NCBI RefSeq assembly: GCF_036321535.1
Contig: NC_087447.1
Span: 47,370,001 to 47,434,000 of the forward strand
DNA: 64,000 nt
Source of the DNA: Camelus dromedarius
Lineage: Eukaryota
Direction of reading: 5' to 3'
The notes under the pieces are model-generated. The model did not search any database, had not been told where the DNA came from, and saw only the letters and a list, made by a program, of their open reading frames with translations. Below, piece after piece: positions 1 through 13,199 of the stretch (position 1 is the first letter of the stretch; each line of letters begins with the position of its first letter). Both the position numbers and the translations under genes were made by a program.

Positions 1-99
1 ATCCATTCAGCCATGCCCTCCCCACTATCCCTGGAAGTTCTTTCTGATGTTTACCCTGGTGGATGGCTGGGTCTGTGATCATAAAGCAAAATGATTAAC

Positions 100-560
100 T
101 GTAAGATGGAGGAGACATGGTGTGGCCCCTATTCCTATGAAAAAGACAAGAGGTTGAGGGTCTTAGTGGACTACAGGCTCAGCTCAGCATGCTCTGAGTG
201 TAATTGTGGATGGTAATATATTAAAAATGCTGAAACTGTAGGCTGTACTAATAAAATTATGTTACTCTGAACATGTGAAAATGACAGTTCCTCCACTTTC
301 CATAGGCTGATTAGACCATCTCCAGTGCATTGTGTCCCAGGTAAGGACACAATGAGACTCTTTCAGAGGAAGTGACTCATGTAAGAAGGGAATTGGAAAC
401 CAAGTCCTGCATGTGACTAAGACTGGAGAGCCCCGGGGCTCCTAGCTGGAAGCAGAGCCAACCCAGGGGTCTCAGTATTTGACTACAATATCTCAGGCTT
501 TTCTGGGCAGGGAGACTGGACTCTGTGGCTCCAGGGACAGCCTGGAGACCCATAGGATTT
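100..560 (+). mobile_element. L3/CR1 LINE remnant
   Basis: GGGTCTTAGTGGACTACAGGCT...GGCTGTACTAATAAAA...AGACCATCTCCAGTGCATTGTGTCC resembles the CR1/L3 ORF2 3' region; boundaries approximate. Confidence 0.65.
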
Positions 561-2548
561 CTCAGGAGGCTGGCCTTGGCCCAGTGGATCGAAGACCTTC
601 TTCCAGGCAGAGCCAAGCTACACAGGCAGAGGCCATCAGGAGAAAGAGAGGAAGTGAGCTCCCCATAACTGGGGGTGTGCAAAAATGGGCTAGATGCCCA
701 TTTTTCAGAAAGGCTGCAGAGGGGAGTCCTGCATTGGGATCCAGATGAAGCCTGGGGTTCAGACTTCAGCTCCAGATTTCACCCTTGCATCTTCTTGGCT
801 TCAGCTTCCTCCCCTAACCCCGCTCCCACCCAGTCTTGTTTTCCAGGATTGGGGGCAGCAGGGGGCTTTCTCCCTGAATGCTCACTTGGCATTGATTTTC
901 CCCACCCCCAACACATTTTGGTCATGGAGATGGATCTCTGTCCTCAGCCATCAGAAGCTGCTGATTCCCAACAATACAATCCCCAAATTGGATTAATGTT
1001 CCTTTAACCTTTAGGCACTGCTCATCACAGTTCACACAAACTCAGCACCACACATACTCTGCCACACAGCCACAGACCTTCCCATCTTTGCAGAAATATC
1101 CCAGCCTGCCTTCAGATACCTTCCAGGTACACATACAGAGTCACACAGGCACAGGTACTTCCTTATGGAGTCACAGGCCAGGGCTCAGTAACACCTGCAC
1201 ACACAGTATACATGTGGGCTATTGTGGCCTTTTGAGATCAATTCTGCAGACTAAAGAGGGGAGGAAGAGCTGATGCCCCAAATAATCCCAGAGTAAAGTC
1301 TGCGAACCCAAGCTCCTCAGACTGGGGTTCCCAGGGCTGGTCTCCAGAAGGTGGTGCTGGTTTATGTCTGTTCCTGCCTGGAGGCAGCAGGGATGGACAA
1401 GCTGAGACCTGAGGGACCCCGCCCTCCAGTGGAGTTTGATATGTGTTGTGGTGTGGAAGTTGGAGAAGAGGGGCCAAGGTGATGTAGTAAGCGCTGATGT
1501 AGGGGAAGAAATTTCTCAAAGCCACAGTCTTAGGACAGCTAAGTCTCCCCATTTGACAGATGAAGAAACTAAGGCTCAGAAAGAAGCAGTGCCCCACCTG
1601 TGGTCAGCCAGCTGGTCAGGACAGAGCCAGGTCCAGAACCCGAGTCTCTGGATCTCCAGCCACTGTCTTGTTCCTGCTCTGCACCCGACCCCCCCCCCCC
1701 CCCCCCCGAGCTCCCTCCCCAGGGGGCTTAGAGAGAATAGTCTGTCCTTTGTTCTCATTGGTGGTTCCTCGACCTGCCCTTTACTTGGATTGGGGGATGC
1801 CCTGACCTGTCCTTTACTGGAATTGGTAGGTGCCTGTCTGGCCTTTGTTTGGATTGGTCAGTTTTCTGTGACTCCTCAGGCTAAGGGCAGGATAATGGCG
1901 GTGAGTGGGGGAATGTGAAAGGAAACTTGGGGAGAGTTGGGAAGGCAGCAGGGAGGGAGCCTGAGTGGGCTGAATGCAGACCTGGCCGATGAAGCCTGGG
2001 GCTCTCTGCCTGGCAGCCTTCTGTACATACACCTCTTGGCCCTGCCCTGCCTGCCCCAGGGGTGGGGGATGTTGAGTGCAGGAATCACAGCCACTTCATA
2101 CCTGGCCCTCCAAGGGGCCTTCAAGGCTTGGTCGCATGCCAACTTTTCCTTGAATCTTTCCCAGATCTCAAAGCAACCTCACCTCTGCTGTATCAACTCA
2201 GGAAGGAAATAGTTCAAATTCCAAAGCCCATGATGTGTGGGCTCAGAGGGCAGAGTAGCTGCCCCAGAGATGGAAGAAGAGAATCAGTGGGGGGCAGCTG
2301 AGAATGGGAAATGGGGAAATTCCCAATTTGGAGGCACAGGTGGGGAAACTAACAAGGCTCAAGTCAAAGGCTAGAATCCCAGAAATCTTAAAAAGATGAG
2401 GAAAGGAAAAGCACATACAGACCATGCCTACTCTCATGCACATCTATACATGTCCTGCGTACACATATTGCCCCCACACAAACACACACACACACGGATA
2501 AAAATGCAACCCTATGTACAATGCACACACAAATATGCACTTAGGCAT

Positions 2549-2579
<31 letters not shown>

Positions 2580-2884
2580 TACACACACCGCCAAGCTCAG
2601 GGCTGGGTGAAAGGGGTCACATTTCCTGTCCTTGCCGCTTTTTGGAAAAACTGTCAGTATAAATATCAGCATAACAACCAGGCAATTTCCCAGACCGCAG
2701 AGGAGAATCTGTGGTATGCAGAAAAGAGCAGTGATTTCTAGTCCTGTCCCAGGTTGACTATAGAAGCCCTGTGTGGCCTTATCAGGCCCCATTCCTAGTC
2801 TGAGCCTCAACTTCCTCATTAGTAAAAATGGGTCCTTTCAGCTTGCAACAATATAGTTCAGTGGTTTTTGTTTTAACTCAGTGA

Positions 2885-3007
2885 GGATGGGTGGATGGAT
2901 ATGTGAATGGATGGAATGGTGAATAGATGGATGGATGGATGAGTGGATGGGTGGATGGGTGGATGGATGAGTGGGTGGATGGATGGATGGGTAGTTAGGT
3001 GGATGGA
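2885..3007 (+). repeat. (GGAT)n degenerate tetranucleotide repeat
   Basis: Directly visible GGATGGATGGGT array. Confidence 0.95.
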
Positions 3008-3843
3008 GCCTTCCTGCTTTCCCCAGCTCCCTACCTGCAGCTCTGTGGTCGGAGGTAGGTCCACTCAACACTATAGACAGTGCCACTCCTCACACACTGG
3101 TCTTTTACCCTGGGTACCGAGACAGGGGAGCCTGTTCTGAGTGAGGACGCCCCTGGAGCCAGCAATGGGGTTGGATCAGCCTCTCTGCACACATTTGGAC
3201 AGGGGCTAGGGTCTGGACAAAATTCCTTCTAACTCCTTAAAGAATTATATGAAGCCAAGAGACCTTGTAGAGCCACCAGCACAGGGACTGATGCCCTTCT
3301 TGAGAGTCAGTGTCATTGTCACAAGCTGCTTTCCTGTCTTGTCTCCATGGGCCTCTATGTCTTTTCCTACCTCTATAAGCCCTCCTATTGCTCTCCCTAC
3401 TGCCTGGAACTGAGAGCCCACCCCTCCCTCTCTGGAAGCCTCACAGTGCCCCCATGGTGGCCTAGAAGAAGCTCATAACATCAAATCCAATAGTCAGGTA
3501 CCTTCTAAGAGTCAAACTGTGTTATTGAGACCAGCCATACACAATGATTAATCCAACTCTGCCTGTGCTAGGTCCCCTGTGCGGCCTGGGGTGGCGTGCC
3601 CTCCTCTCTCTCTCTGGGCTTTGGTGTCCCTTTCTCTAAAGAGGAGTCTTCTAGGGCCTTGGAGCCCCTCTCCCTCTCTATTCCTCTTTCCTTCCCTCTG
3701 GGGCTGTGCCCCTCTCTCAGGCTCTGTCTCCCTGAGTTCTCTGAGTGGGTCTCCCTCCTTCTCTCTAGGCCCCCCTCAGTCAACGTCCATCCCTGTCACA
3801 GGCTACTCTCCTGTCTCGTCTCCAAGAGTCTCAGCGTCTTGAT

Positions 3844-4000
3844 GGGGGATGGTATAGCTCAGTGGTAGCATTTGCTTGGCAAGCACAGGGTCCTGGGTTC
3901 AATCCCCGGTACCTCCATTAAAAACATAAATACATAAACAAACAAACATAATTACCCTCTCCCCTACAACAAATTAATTAATTAATTTACAAAGGAAAAA
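3844..4000 (+). mobile_element. Camelid tRNA-Ala-derived SINE (Vic-1 type)
   Basis: GGGGGATGGTATAGCTCAGTGGTAG...GGTCCTGGGTTCAATCCCCGGTACCTCC with A box and B box, then an (A3T/A3C)n tail and TAATTACC motif. AAGAGTCTCA on both sides (3824-3833, 4000-4009) is a probable partial target-site duplication. Confidence 0.85.
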
Positions 4001-4869
4001 AGAGTCTCAATTTTTTTTCCCCACTTCCAAATCCTCTCTCCTGCATACTCCTGCCCCCACCCACTCCTGTCTCTCCTGCCCACTCCTCCCCTAAACGTCC
4101 AAGAACTTGGGGAGAGAGCACCTGACACAAGATGAGCACCCACAGAATGAGGAAAGTCAGGAAGTCGGCCGTGATGGGAGAAATCAGGGGGCCAGGGCAG
4201 ATGCCGGCTACACTCTTGCTTCTTGCCTCCTGTTCTGATGGGCACTATCCCTAGTCTCTTCTCTCCCCAGAGAACAGGGCCTTCAAGGGGAAAGGAGCAC
4301 ATCTGTCTGTGTGCCCGTGTGTGCCTGGTACTAGCAAGCCCATCTGCTCTGCCGGGGAGACTGGCAGAGCCCCTCCCAAAGGAGGCCTCCTGGGGGCTCT
4401 GGCCAGAGAAGCCCCCTTGGGCTGGACCTCGGACCCCCAGCCTAAGCCCAAGCACCCCAAGCTTACTCTGTGACTCTCACAGCCCTCGCGGCAGCATGCT
4501 GAGCCCTGTGGAGTCAGGGGCCAGCAAGGAAGCAGGAGAGGCGGCCCCTCCCCCTTCCTGCCCCACTCAGGACTGCCACGCCCAAGGAACGGCCCCCAAC
4601 AGGCGCTGGTGCCTTAGATCCGGGGAGAAGAGCTGCCCAGGAGCGCTAAGATCTTGCAGCCCCAGACCTCCCCTCAACAAGGCTGAGCAGGAAAACAGAG
4701 GAAAGAGGCTTGGCGATCCTTGGGACACCTGATTTGAGGTAGCAGCAGGTGAGAGACCCAGGCCACAGATGGACAAACTTACATGTCAGTGCCCTGCTTG
4801 AGGGGCATCATGCTTTGGGGAAGAAAAGGCACCTTTCTCAAGTACCTACTGTGCGCTAGAGGTGTCCAT

Positions 4870-5065
4870 CAGTAATTCTCAGACTTGAATGTGCACCAGA
4901 ATCTCCTGGAGGGCTTGTTACCTACAGATTGCTGGCTCTGCCCTCAGAGTTTCTGATATGGAAGGTCTGGGATGAGGCCAAGAACTTGCATTTCCAACAC
5001 AATCCTAGATGCTGCTGCTGCTGCTGCTGCTGTTGGCCCAGGGAGCACACTCTGAGACCCAGCAA
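4870..5065. mobile_element. MER5A-like hAT DNA transposon remnant with internal (GCT)n
   Basis: TTCTCAGACTT...CAGAATCTCCTGGAGGGCTTGTTA...CAGAGTTTCTGAT...TTGCATTTCCAACA...CACACTCTGAGA follows the MER5A pattern. Confidence 0.8.
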
Positions 5066-5499
5066 CACATGCACTCTCTCCAATCCTCTTATGAACCCTG
5101 GGAGGTGCCTGTTTTGACCATCCCCTTTTATAGGGGAGGAGACAAAGGATCAAAGGGGAGGGGCCTTGCTCAGGAGGGAATGGCCCATCCACTGGGTGCA
5201 AGTTGGTGCCACTTCCACCACAAGAGGGGGACTCCTCAGGGAAAGTCTCAAAGGAAGAGAGAGGCAGGGGAGCTGCAAGGAGAGAGTGAGGTGGGACAGT
5301 GGGGTGACATGGGATCAGGGTGTAGGGAAGGGGTCCAGTCCTAAAGGAAGAGCCTGACCTTCCCCCCTCCTTTTCCCTCTCTCTTTCTCCCCTCCCTCCT
5401 TTGTGTCCCCTTTTCCTCTCCCCTCCCCAGCTTTCTCACCCCTCCCCCACCTTTCTTCCCCACCCCTCCCCCTGCCCTTTGCAGACTCTGGCTTCAGTT

Positions 5500-5567
5500 G
5501 TTACTCCAACAGGGCCGCGTCTCCAGCCTCCGAGCCACACTGGAGACACGTGCACTGTAGAATACAC
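5500..5567 (-). ncRNA. MIR139: pre-mir-139 hairpin (miR-139-5p 5539-5561; miR-139-3p 5503-5525)
   Basis: Reverse complement GUGUAUUCUACAGUGCACGUGUCUCCAGUGUGGCUCGGAGGCUGGAGACGCGGCCCUGUUGGAGUAAC contains mature UCUACAGUGCACGUGUCUCCAGU and UGGAGACGCGGCCCUGUUGGAGU. Same strand as, and intronic to, PDE2A, its known host. Confidence 0.98.
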
Positions 5568-8500
5568 CTGAGCCCTGTCCTGGTGCCCCCCTCACTGTGT
5601 CCCCCACCTCCCCAGTAAGTCAGCCCCCATCCTGTGGGCTCCTTACCTCCAATATTCACAAGCAGCTCCTCCCAGGCCCCTCACCTTTTCGAATCCAGTC
5701 TTGGTTTCTACTCTAGCTCCTGCCTCCTCCAAGATGCCCTCCCAATGGCCTCAGGCCCCCCACTCTTCCTCAAGGGCTAGGTTTGGAGAAGGATGAAGGA
5801 GGGGAAGGGGAAGAGGTTGGGGAGAGAAGGGAGGAATTGTATGAACAATCAGCACTCCGGGGCCCTGACTCACTGGGCGCCCTCAGTCCCTGGCACGGGG
5901 TCTGGGGTAAAGAAGGTGTAAGGGAACAGCAGAGTGCACAGAGGGCGGCAGCCAGAGCCGAGTGTGGGGGGAAGGAGACAACCTGGGAGGCAGACATCAA
6001 ATCAAGGGGGATGGGACAGGCTCAGGACTTCTCCCACCCCCTCACCCTCACTTCCGGTCCCCGCTGCCTCATCCAAGCGGCAGAGCCAATAGTGACCCCC
6101 CACCCCTATGGCCACAGCCTTCCTCCCACGCATGTCCCCAGCATGCCAAACTCCTGATGCCCCCACTGTCCTTGATTCCTCACCAAGGGCCCGTGTGGGC
6201 AGTTAGGCACAGTGGCGCAGTCACCAGGAGGCCGAGGTAAGCTCTCTGAGAGTTAGTCATACCACAACAGAGAAGCCTGGGCAGGAGCGAGGCCAGCTAC
6301 CTGTCCCCAGTGGTGTGCGAGCAAGGGAGACTGTATCCTGAGAAAGGACTTGGTAAGCGTCGCTGGCCTGCAGCTCTGGCCTGAAGACCCTCAGTGTCTT
6401 CAAACCCTCCTCAGCCTCACCCCATCACATGGCCTTTGTGGCAGGTTGGGAGCTGGACAAAGTAAGTCTAGGAGCCTCTGAGAGGCTGGCACAGTGGCCC
6501 AAGCAGGAAAGGAAGAGGGAGCTGAGTGACCAGCTGGACCAGCATCAGCAGAGTTTATGTCTCTCAGGAAATGATGGCCAAAGGAAAAATTAGATACATG
6601 AATGAATGAATAAATGAGTGACCAGGCTCCCTCCTCTGGGCCTCCCTCCAGGAACATTTTGTCATTGTTCCTTCGCTCAGGCAAATCTGAGCCTCCCATC
6701 CAGGGTTCTTACAGCCCTATGCTCCCCATGATGGCATGGCATGCTGAATTGCCACTACTGTCCATCTGGCACCCTCACCAGACTGGGGGCTCTTAGAGGG
6801 CAGAAGTTGCTTCCTATTCCTCCCTGGGGACCCCAGGATCTCACAGCCCATCACAGGTGTCAGGAGGTGTCTGCTGAGCTATAAAAAGATCCATTGGACT
6901 CCTGAGTGCCCAAGGCTATTGGGCTGTGAAGGGCATATGCCATAACCAAGCTAGGGGGTGGACACAATGACCCCCTGGAGGACCCCAGGCCGGGAAGACA
7001 GCTGAGCCCTCTCAAAGTCTCACAAGCCTGGCCCAGTGACTATTTTAAAGGAGCCTAAGGAATGAGGGTACCTTGTGCTGAGAAGAAAGCATCTCTGCAG
7101 GCTAGGAGGCCCTTCTGCCTCAGGATCATCTCCTGGTGAAGACAGGGCAGGGGATGGTGTGTCAGGAGGGAAGGACTCTTTTCTGAGAGGAGTACTTATT
7201 ACCTTTTCTGAGAGGATCATTATCACTTTCTTTCATGAGTGATGTCACCTCCTCCAGGAAGCCTTCCTGGGTGGGTCACTTGTCATCCTCCTCCTCAGAA
7301 TTCTTACAGAACCAGAGTCTACAAAGCCCTGGGCCTATGGCACCCAACCCCAGCTTGATGGGAGTAGATTAAGGCCAGAAAGATAGGAAAGGACTTACCC
7401 AGGGTCTCACCTGGAGTCAGGAGGCCCTTACCCCAGCCCAGAGGTCTTCTGGACACACTAGGCTCCTTCCCTCCTGACCACTGTTTGTCTCAGTGGCCCC
7501 TCCAGTTCCCTGCCTTGGCCAGCAGATGGGCTGAGCCCCTTTCAGATGCAGGGTGCCCCTTCCTCCAGGCCAGGGAACAGGGCCTCATGTCTTTCCCTCT
7601 GTGCCAGACACAGTGCCCATGGTGGGAGGTAAATGCTAGATGGCACTGGCCTGGCACAAGGTCAGTCTGGGCCTGCAGAGGGCCCAGGGAGGGGCTGGTG
7701 GGGGTGAAGGGAGGGTGGGCCTGGCAGAGTCTTCTCTGGCACAAAGTGGAAAACAGGGTGCCCAGGGGCTGCCATGGCCGGGGGGGCTTCCCCCGGCTCT
7801 GTCCTGGGCTCTCTGTTTCCCCCTCAGCTTCCTGGGTTCTCCGCGTCTGTCCTTCTTGCTCTCTGTTTTTCTCTGGTATGTGTCTCTCCCACAGTCTCAC
7901 TACTGGGTCCTATGACTGTATTTGGCTCTGTCTTCAGGGCCTGGCTCAACTCAGTTATTCCCCAAATCCCAGGATAGGGTTGGTGGGTAGAATGAGAAAG
8001 ATACTGGGACAGAGATAAGGACTGATTCAGAGGCAGATGACAGACCTAAGAGCCAGGAGGGGTCCCTGGGGATGAAAGCCTTCTTAGCCCTGAAGGGAAC
8101 ACCTGGTAGACAAAACCAGAGTTGTGGGGAAGAGTGGGGTCCACCCCCTTCCCTCTGCACTCGCTCCTGGCCCCCCTTCCTTCTCCGTGCCCCTGGAGGA
8201 ATGCGTGAGCACTTTAATTGGTCCTAAAAATAGTCCCACTGTATTGGGGATTGGAATGAGAAATCTTCTGGGCAGGGTTCCTCTCAGGCATGCCCCTGCC
8301 TCTGGGTTCCAATCCACTATATTCCCTACAGTGGAAGGCTCTCTGAGCTGTCCCCTACCCCTACCTGCGGGGCTGTGGTAAAATGCAGGTCTGGCTGTAG
8401 TCCCCGCCTTGCAGAAGATGGCCCTGCAGTGGGCTCCGAGCTCCTGGGCCTGCTGGATGTGTTTGTAAGGCACTAAGCATGACAGACAGGGTCACTGCTG

Positions 8501-9342
8501 TCCCTCCTGACTCCCCGGTCCACGCTCCAGGCTCTAGCAGCCCTCCAACCTTACTCCCCTCATCCCTTCATTCCCGCACCGCACCCACTGCCACCTCCAG
8601 GTCTCGGCTCTTCCATTTCCTGCACCGGGATGCTCTCTCTTCTCCCCTCCTGTCCTTCCAGGCCCCATGCTGATCTGTTCTAGCACCCCGCCCTGCTGTG
8701 CTATCCTGCCCCTGTCCCGTCCTGCAGTGTTCAGGGGACTCTCACCTCCACCTCCTGTCCACTGCTCCCCTTGGCAATCAGCAAGGGCTGGGCTGCACCC
8801 ACCCCCACAAGCAGGTGTAAACATTGAGGTGCAGCCCTTCTCCAGGAAAGGGGACACTGTGGGGGAGACATGGCAGGCTCTGGGGCTCCACGCCCTGCCC
8901 TGAACCCTCAACCCTACTGGACCCTCCATCTCCCCACCCCAGCTTTGGTTTTCTCTTTTGTACCCTGATCCTGGAATGTCTCAGTTTCAATCTCCAGGGG
9001 AGAGCCCCCAGTCTCAGCCCCTCTCTGTCCCAATTTTTCAGATGGGGGAACTGAGGCCCAGAGAGGGGAGGTGATGGGCCCACAAGTCCATGGGAAACTG
9101 GCCGTGGGCCTCAGTCATGCTGTATCTCTATGCATGGTCCCCATCAGCAGGGCTCCAGAGGCAGGGCCATGTTCCTCACACAACCCACCACCCCACCCAC
9201 CCGTCCCGAGCAGGCAGGCTGGCATCCAAAGTTATTTGCCTTTGGAGGGCCCAGGAAGCCAGAGAACAAACATCCGGAGTCTCTGGAACTTCTCCTCCTC
9301 TCCTTCCTCATATCCCAAGGATCTGGGAGCCACTGAGTATGT

Positions 9343-9353
9343 ACACACACACA

Positions 9354-9412
<59 letters not shown>
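9343..9412 (+). repeat. (CA)n microsatellite
   Basis: About 70 nt of near-perfect CA repeat. Shorter ones at about 2548-2588, 29230-29252, 37380-37396 and 56843-56863. Confidence 0.97.
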
Positions 9413-9414
<2 letters not shown>

Positions 9415-12044
9415 CCCAGGGCTGGGTAATCATATGAGCCCAGGGGATCTTGTGCAATTATTGTGCCTGTGAATCTGTGCAGGTCCTTTAGAGGATGTCC
9501 TCCAACCTCACCAGACATTATATAAATTTTGTCTTGGAAATGGACTTGAAAATCGTTTTTTGTGTGACTTTCCTGATTGCAAAATTCTGTCTACTCTCAT
9601 CACAACTGCTTCCCCCCCCCCCCACTTTGTGGGGAGCTCCTGCTTGGCTGGTGACCTATGCACACATGTGGCCTGCCCATTAGTTGTCCATAATGCATCA
9701 TGTGACCATAGTAGAATATGTCCCCTGGGTCATTAGGAGAATGTCTGTGTGAAAGTATGTGGGTCTGTGATTCTGTGGGAGAATGTGTATGAGGGTGTAA
9801 ACGTGTGAGCGCCCCTGAGGCCACATCTGTGCACAAGCCATCTGCATGTGTGGGTGCCTGTGCGTGTGTGATGGGGGCTGGCAACATCTGTGTGAGCCTG
9901 GGTGTGTGCAGTGAGTGTGTAGCTATCCTCGGGACTGTGAATGCACTGGTGGCTGGTTTTGTCTCTGAATGACTAAATGAATTTATGGCTAAGTGTTGGC
10001 ACCTGTGCACATGGGGGTCTGATTCTTCTGCCCCATGCTCCCTGCCACCTCCTCCATCACCTCTGCCAGACCTGGACTCACATCCCCACACTGTCACACG
10101 TCACCTATGTGGCATCGGACAAGTTTTTCACCTTCCTGGGCTCAGTTTCCTTATGTATAAAATGGTGCCTTCTCCCTGAGCCACTGAGAAGACTAAACAA
10201 ACCATGCAGTCCTGCCTAAGCTGCTCTCAGCAAGGGGGTAGGTCACCTTGGTGTGAGTTACAAAGAGGTGACTCCACCCCTCTGGACAAATGCAGCCTGA
10301 CAGGCAAGGGTTGGTCAGGAAGAATGGGCTGGGTTTCAGCACCACCCCACCTCTGCTGGAGCCCTGTGCAAGCAAAGTATGACCTGTGAGGTTTGAAGCT
10401 GTGGACCTGCAGGTGACCGAGAAACAGCAGCTCCCTTTCTCTGCAGCCTGGGACTAGAGGGTCTCTGACTCTGGACCTGGGGTGAATGCGTTCCAGATGA
10501 GGCTCTAAGGACACCACCCCCTCTTAACTCCCCCTGGGGCTCTGTCCCCTTCACGCACCCTTCACTCTGCCCTCGCCAAAGCCCAACAGAAGGCCCTCCA
10601 GAAGTCATGAAGGAGGCTGACCAGATCTGGGATGCAGAGACCAGCTAGGCCAGCCAGAGGCTCAGAAACCACCTCTGCCCCCAGCATCTCACTGTCAGGC
10701 AGGGAGACTGAGACACGGAGAGGGCCAGGGACTCTGCTGGGGACACAAGTGAACACAGTCAGTCCAACCTTCCGTCTCAAGATCTCTGTATCTGGAGTTG
10801 GGGAGATCCAAGCTCTGAATCCTGTTGGCTCCAGAATGGAGCCCAAGAGAGCAGGTGGGGACCCTGAGAGACAGGCACTTCCAGACCTGTGCCCTCAGCT
10901 GTTAGTGTAGAACTCCTACCCATCCCCACCCACCCCACCCCGACCAGATCCCCTACTGGTGTGATTAACCAAATTATGGCATTTTTTTCTTGAGCAAATT
11001 GCATCGGCCTAATTGAATGAGGCTGTAGGAGCCTGGGCTGGAGGCTGACAGCGGGTGAGGATGGCAGGAGCCAGGAGAGGAGGGTGTGGGAGTGAGTTGG
11101 GGTGGGGGGCCCCTGACAATGCTGAGCAGGGAACAGAAGAGGGAGGGAGAGCAGAGGGCTATGGGCACAGAACACATCTCTTATCACTGCACCCTCTCTG
11201 TGCACCCCCAAGTGCTTCCATCAGCCCGGAAGCCTGGGAGTAGGCATGCGAGGGGTCATCTCCCCTGATCACAGAGCATTTGCCTCGTGCCAGGCACTGT
11301 GGTCATACAAAGACACCATTTTACATGATCCTCCCAACAGCCCCCATTTTATACTTGAGGGAATTGAGGCTCAAAGGATAAAATGACTTGCTAAATGTCA
11401 GAGCCAGAAAGGGCTGTCGGACACCATTGCCTTTGCTCCTCCCGGTAACTGTGGCTCCCATCCTGCCTCAAGGAAGCCCTCCTGGGGAGTACAGAGAAAG
11501 GAGAAGGCCTCAGACCAGCTCATTCTTGGGCCCAGACACCATCTCTGTCCCCGTTGGGCATTTCTCCTTGTCTGCTCTGTGATGTCTGTCCTCTGTCTGA
11601 TGGCAGAACAATCACACAACCCCCATCGCCCACAGCTCACCCAAGATCCCTCTCATTCCACACAGCACCCACTTTGTGTCGTGCTCATCACCTCAGGGTG
11701 ACACACAGGGACATGATCACTGTCACCTTCACCCATCATGTTCCACATGCTCAGTGACACACAGTCATTTCACAGTGTCCACAGTGTCACACATCCCTGA
11801 ATGTCACAGGGCCAACACACTGAAACTATCGCTATCACCCTCACTGAAGGTGGCCCACCCTCAGTGTCACACACCGTGTTCCCAAAGTCCCCAGTGTCAC
11901 CCTCACACAGCCTCACACACACAGTTCCAAGCTGGCTCTGTGTTGCATGGTCTCATTTCAGCATCATCCAGGATCTTCTGACCTTAAAAATATCCACCTT
12001 TGCTGAAATGACATCATGTCTGATATTTGTGTTAAAATACTTCA

Positions 12045-13014
12045 GCAAAGCAACCTACAAACTGGGAGAAAATATTTGCAAATCATATACCTAATAAGGG
12101 GTTAATATCTGAAATATATAAAGAAGTCCTACAGCTCAGCCACAAAATAAGCAACCAATCTGACTTTAAAATGGGCAAAGGCCTTGAATAGACATTTCTC
12201 TAAAGATGTACAAGTGGCCAACGAGCACATGAAAAGATGCTCAACACCACTAACCAGGGAAATGCAAATCAAAACCACAATGAGATACCACCTCACACTC
12301 ATTAGGATGGCTACTATTAAGAAAAAAAAAAGGCAGAAAATAAGTGTTGGTGAGAATGAGGAGAAATTGGAAGTTTGGTACACTGTTGGCGGGAATGTAA
12401 GATGGTACAGCTGCTGTGGAAAACAGTATTGTAGTTCCTCAAAAATTAAGGATTAAATTACCATGTGCTCCAGCAATTCCACTTCTAAGAATATACATAA
12501 AAGAATTGAAAGCAGGATCTTAAAGAGATATTTGTACACTCATGTTCACGGCAGCATTATTCACGTAAGTCAAAAGGAAGAAGCAATCAATGGTGTCCAT
12601 TGATGAATGAATGGGTAAGCAAAATGTGGTTTATTCATACAGTAGAATGTTATTCAGCCTCAAAAAGGAAGGAATTTCTGATACATGCTACAACACAGCA
12701 TGGATGAATCTTGAGAACATTGTGCTGAATGAAATGTCAGTCACAAAAAGAAACACTGTAGGAGTCCATTTACATGACGTACCTAGGATAGTCAGAGTCA
12801 TAGAGACAGAAAGTAGAAAAGTGATTGCCAGGGGCTGGGGGAAGGGGAGTTATTTGATGGACGTAAGTTTCAGTTTTGCAAAATGAAAAAAGTTATGGAA
12901 AATGGTTGCACACCAATGGGAATGTGCTTAACTCCCCTAAACTCAACATTTTAAAATGGCTAAGGTGGTAAATTTTATGTAGTGTGTATTTTACCACAAT
13001 ACAAATTTTCAAAT
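12045..13014 (+). mobile_element. 5'-truncated L1 (L1MA/L1MB-like): ORF2 C-terminus and 3' UTR
   Basis: ORF 12184..12456 ([37 protein letters not shown]) is typical L1 ORF2p C-terminal sequence; AT-rich L1M-type 3' UTR; flanking direct repeats AAAATACTTCA / AAAGTACTTCA. Confidence 0.93.
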
Positions 13015-13185
13015 AAAGTACTTCAAGAAAGAAAAATGAATAAAACAGGTGGGGCAAGGGATGGATGAATTAAATATGCCTAAATCTTAATAACTGTCAG
13101 ATTTAGGTGATAAGTACATGGCAAGTTGATTGTATTATTTTCCCTACCATGTGTGTTTTAAATATTCCGTAACAACAAAAAAAAT
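13015..13185 (+). mobile_element. Older L1M (L1ME-like) 3' end; its 5' part is at about 12000-12044
   Basis: ...GGTGATAAGTACATGG...TTGTATTATTTTCCCTAC...TATTCCGTAACAAC(A)n resembles ancient L1M 3' termini. Confidence 0.6.
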
Positions 13186-13199
13186 TGTACTCATACCTT

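Noticed and set aside
3844..3918. tRNA-Ala-like gene (also at 56190-56263)
   Set aside because: Followed by SINE tails and flanked by target-site duplications; these are SINE heads, not tRNA genes.
5009..5344. Signal-peptide-like ORF MLLLLLLLLAQG
   Set aside because: The poly-Leu is the (GCT)n expansion inside a MER5A remnant.
1..5400. Next PDE2A coding exon (DALLSLGSVID...)
   Set aside because: Not found by eye in any minus-strand frame; expected outside the window.
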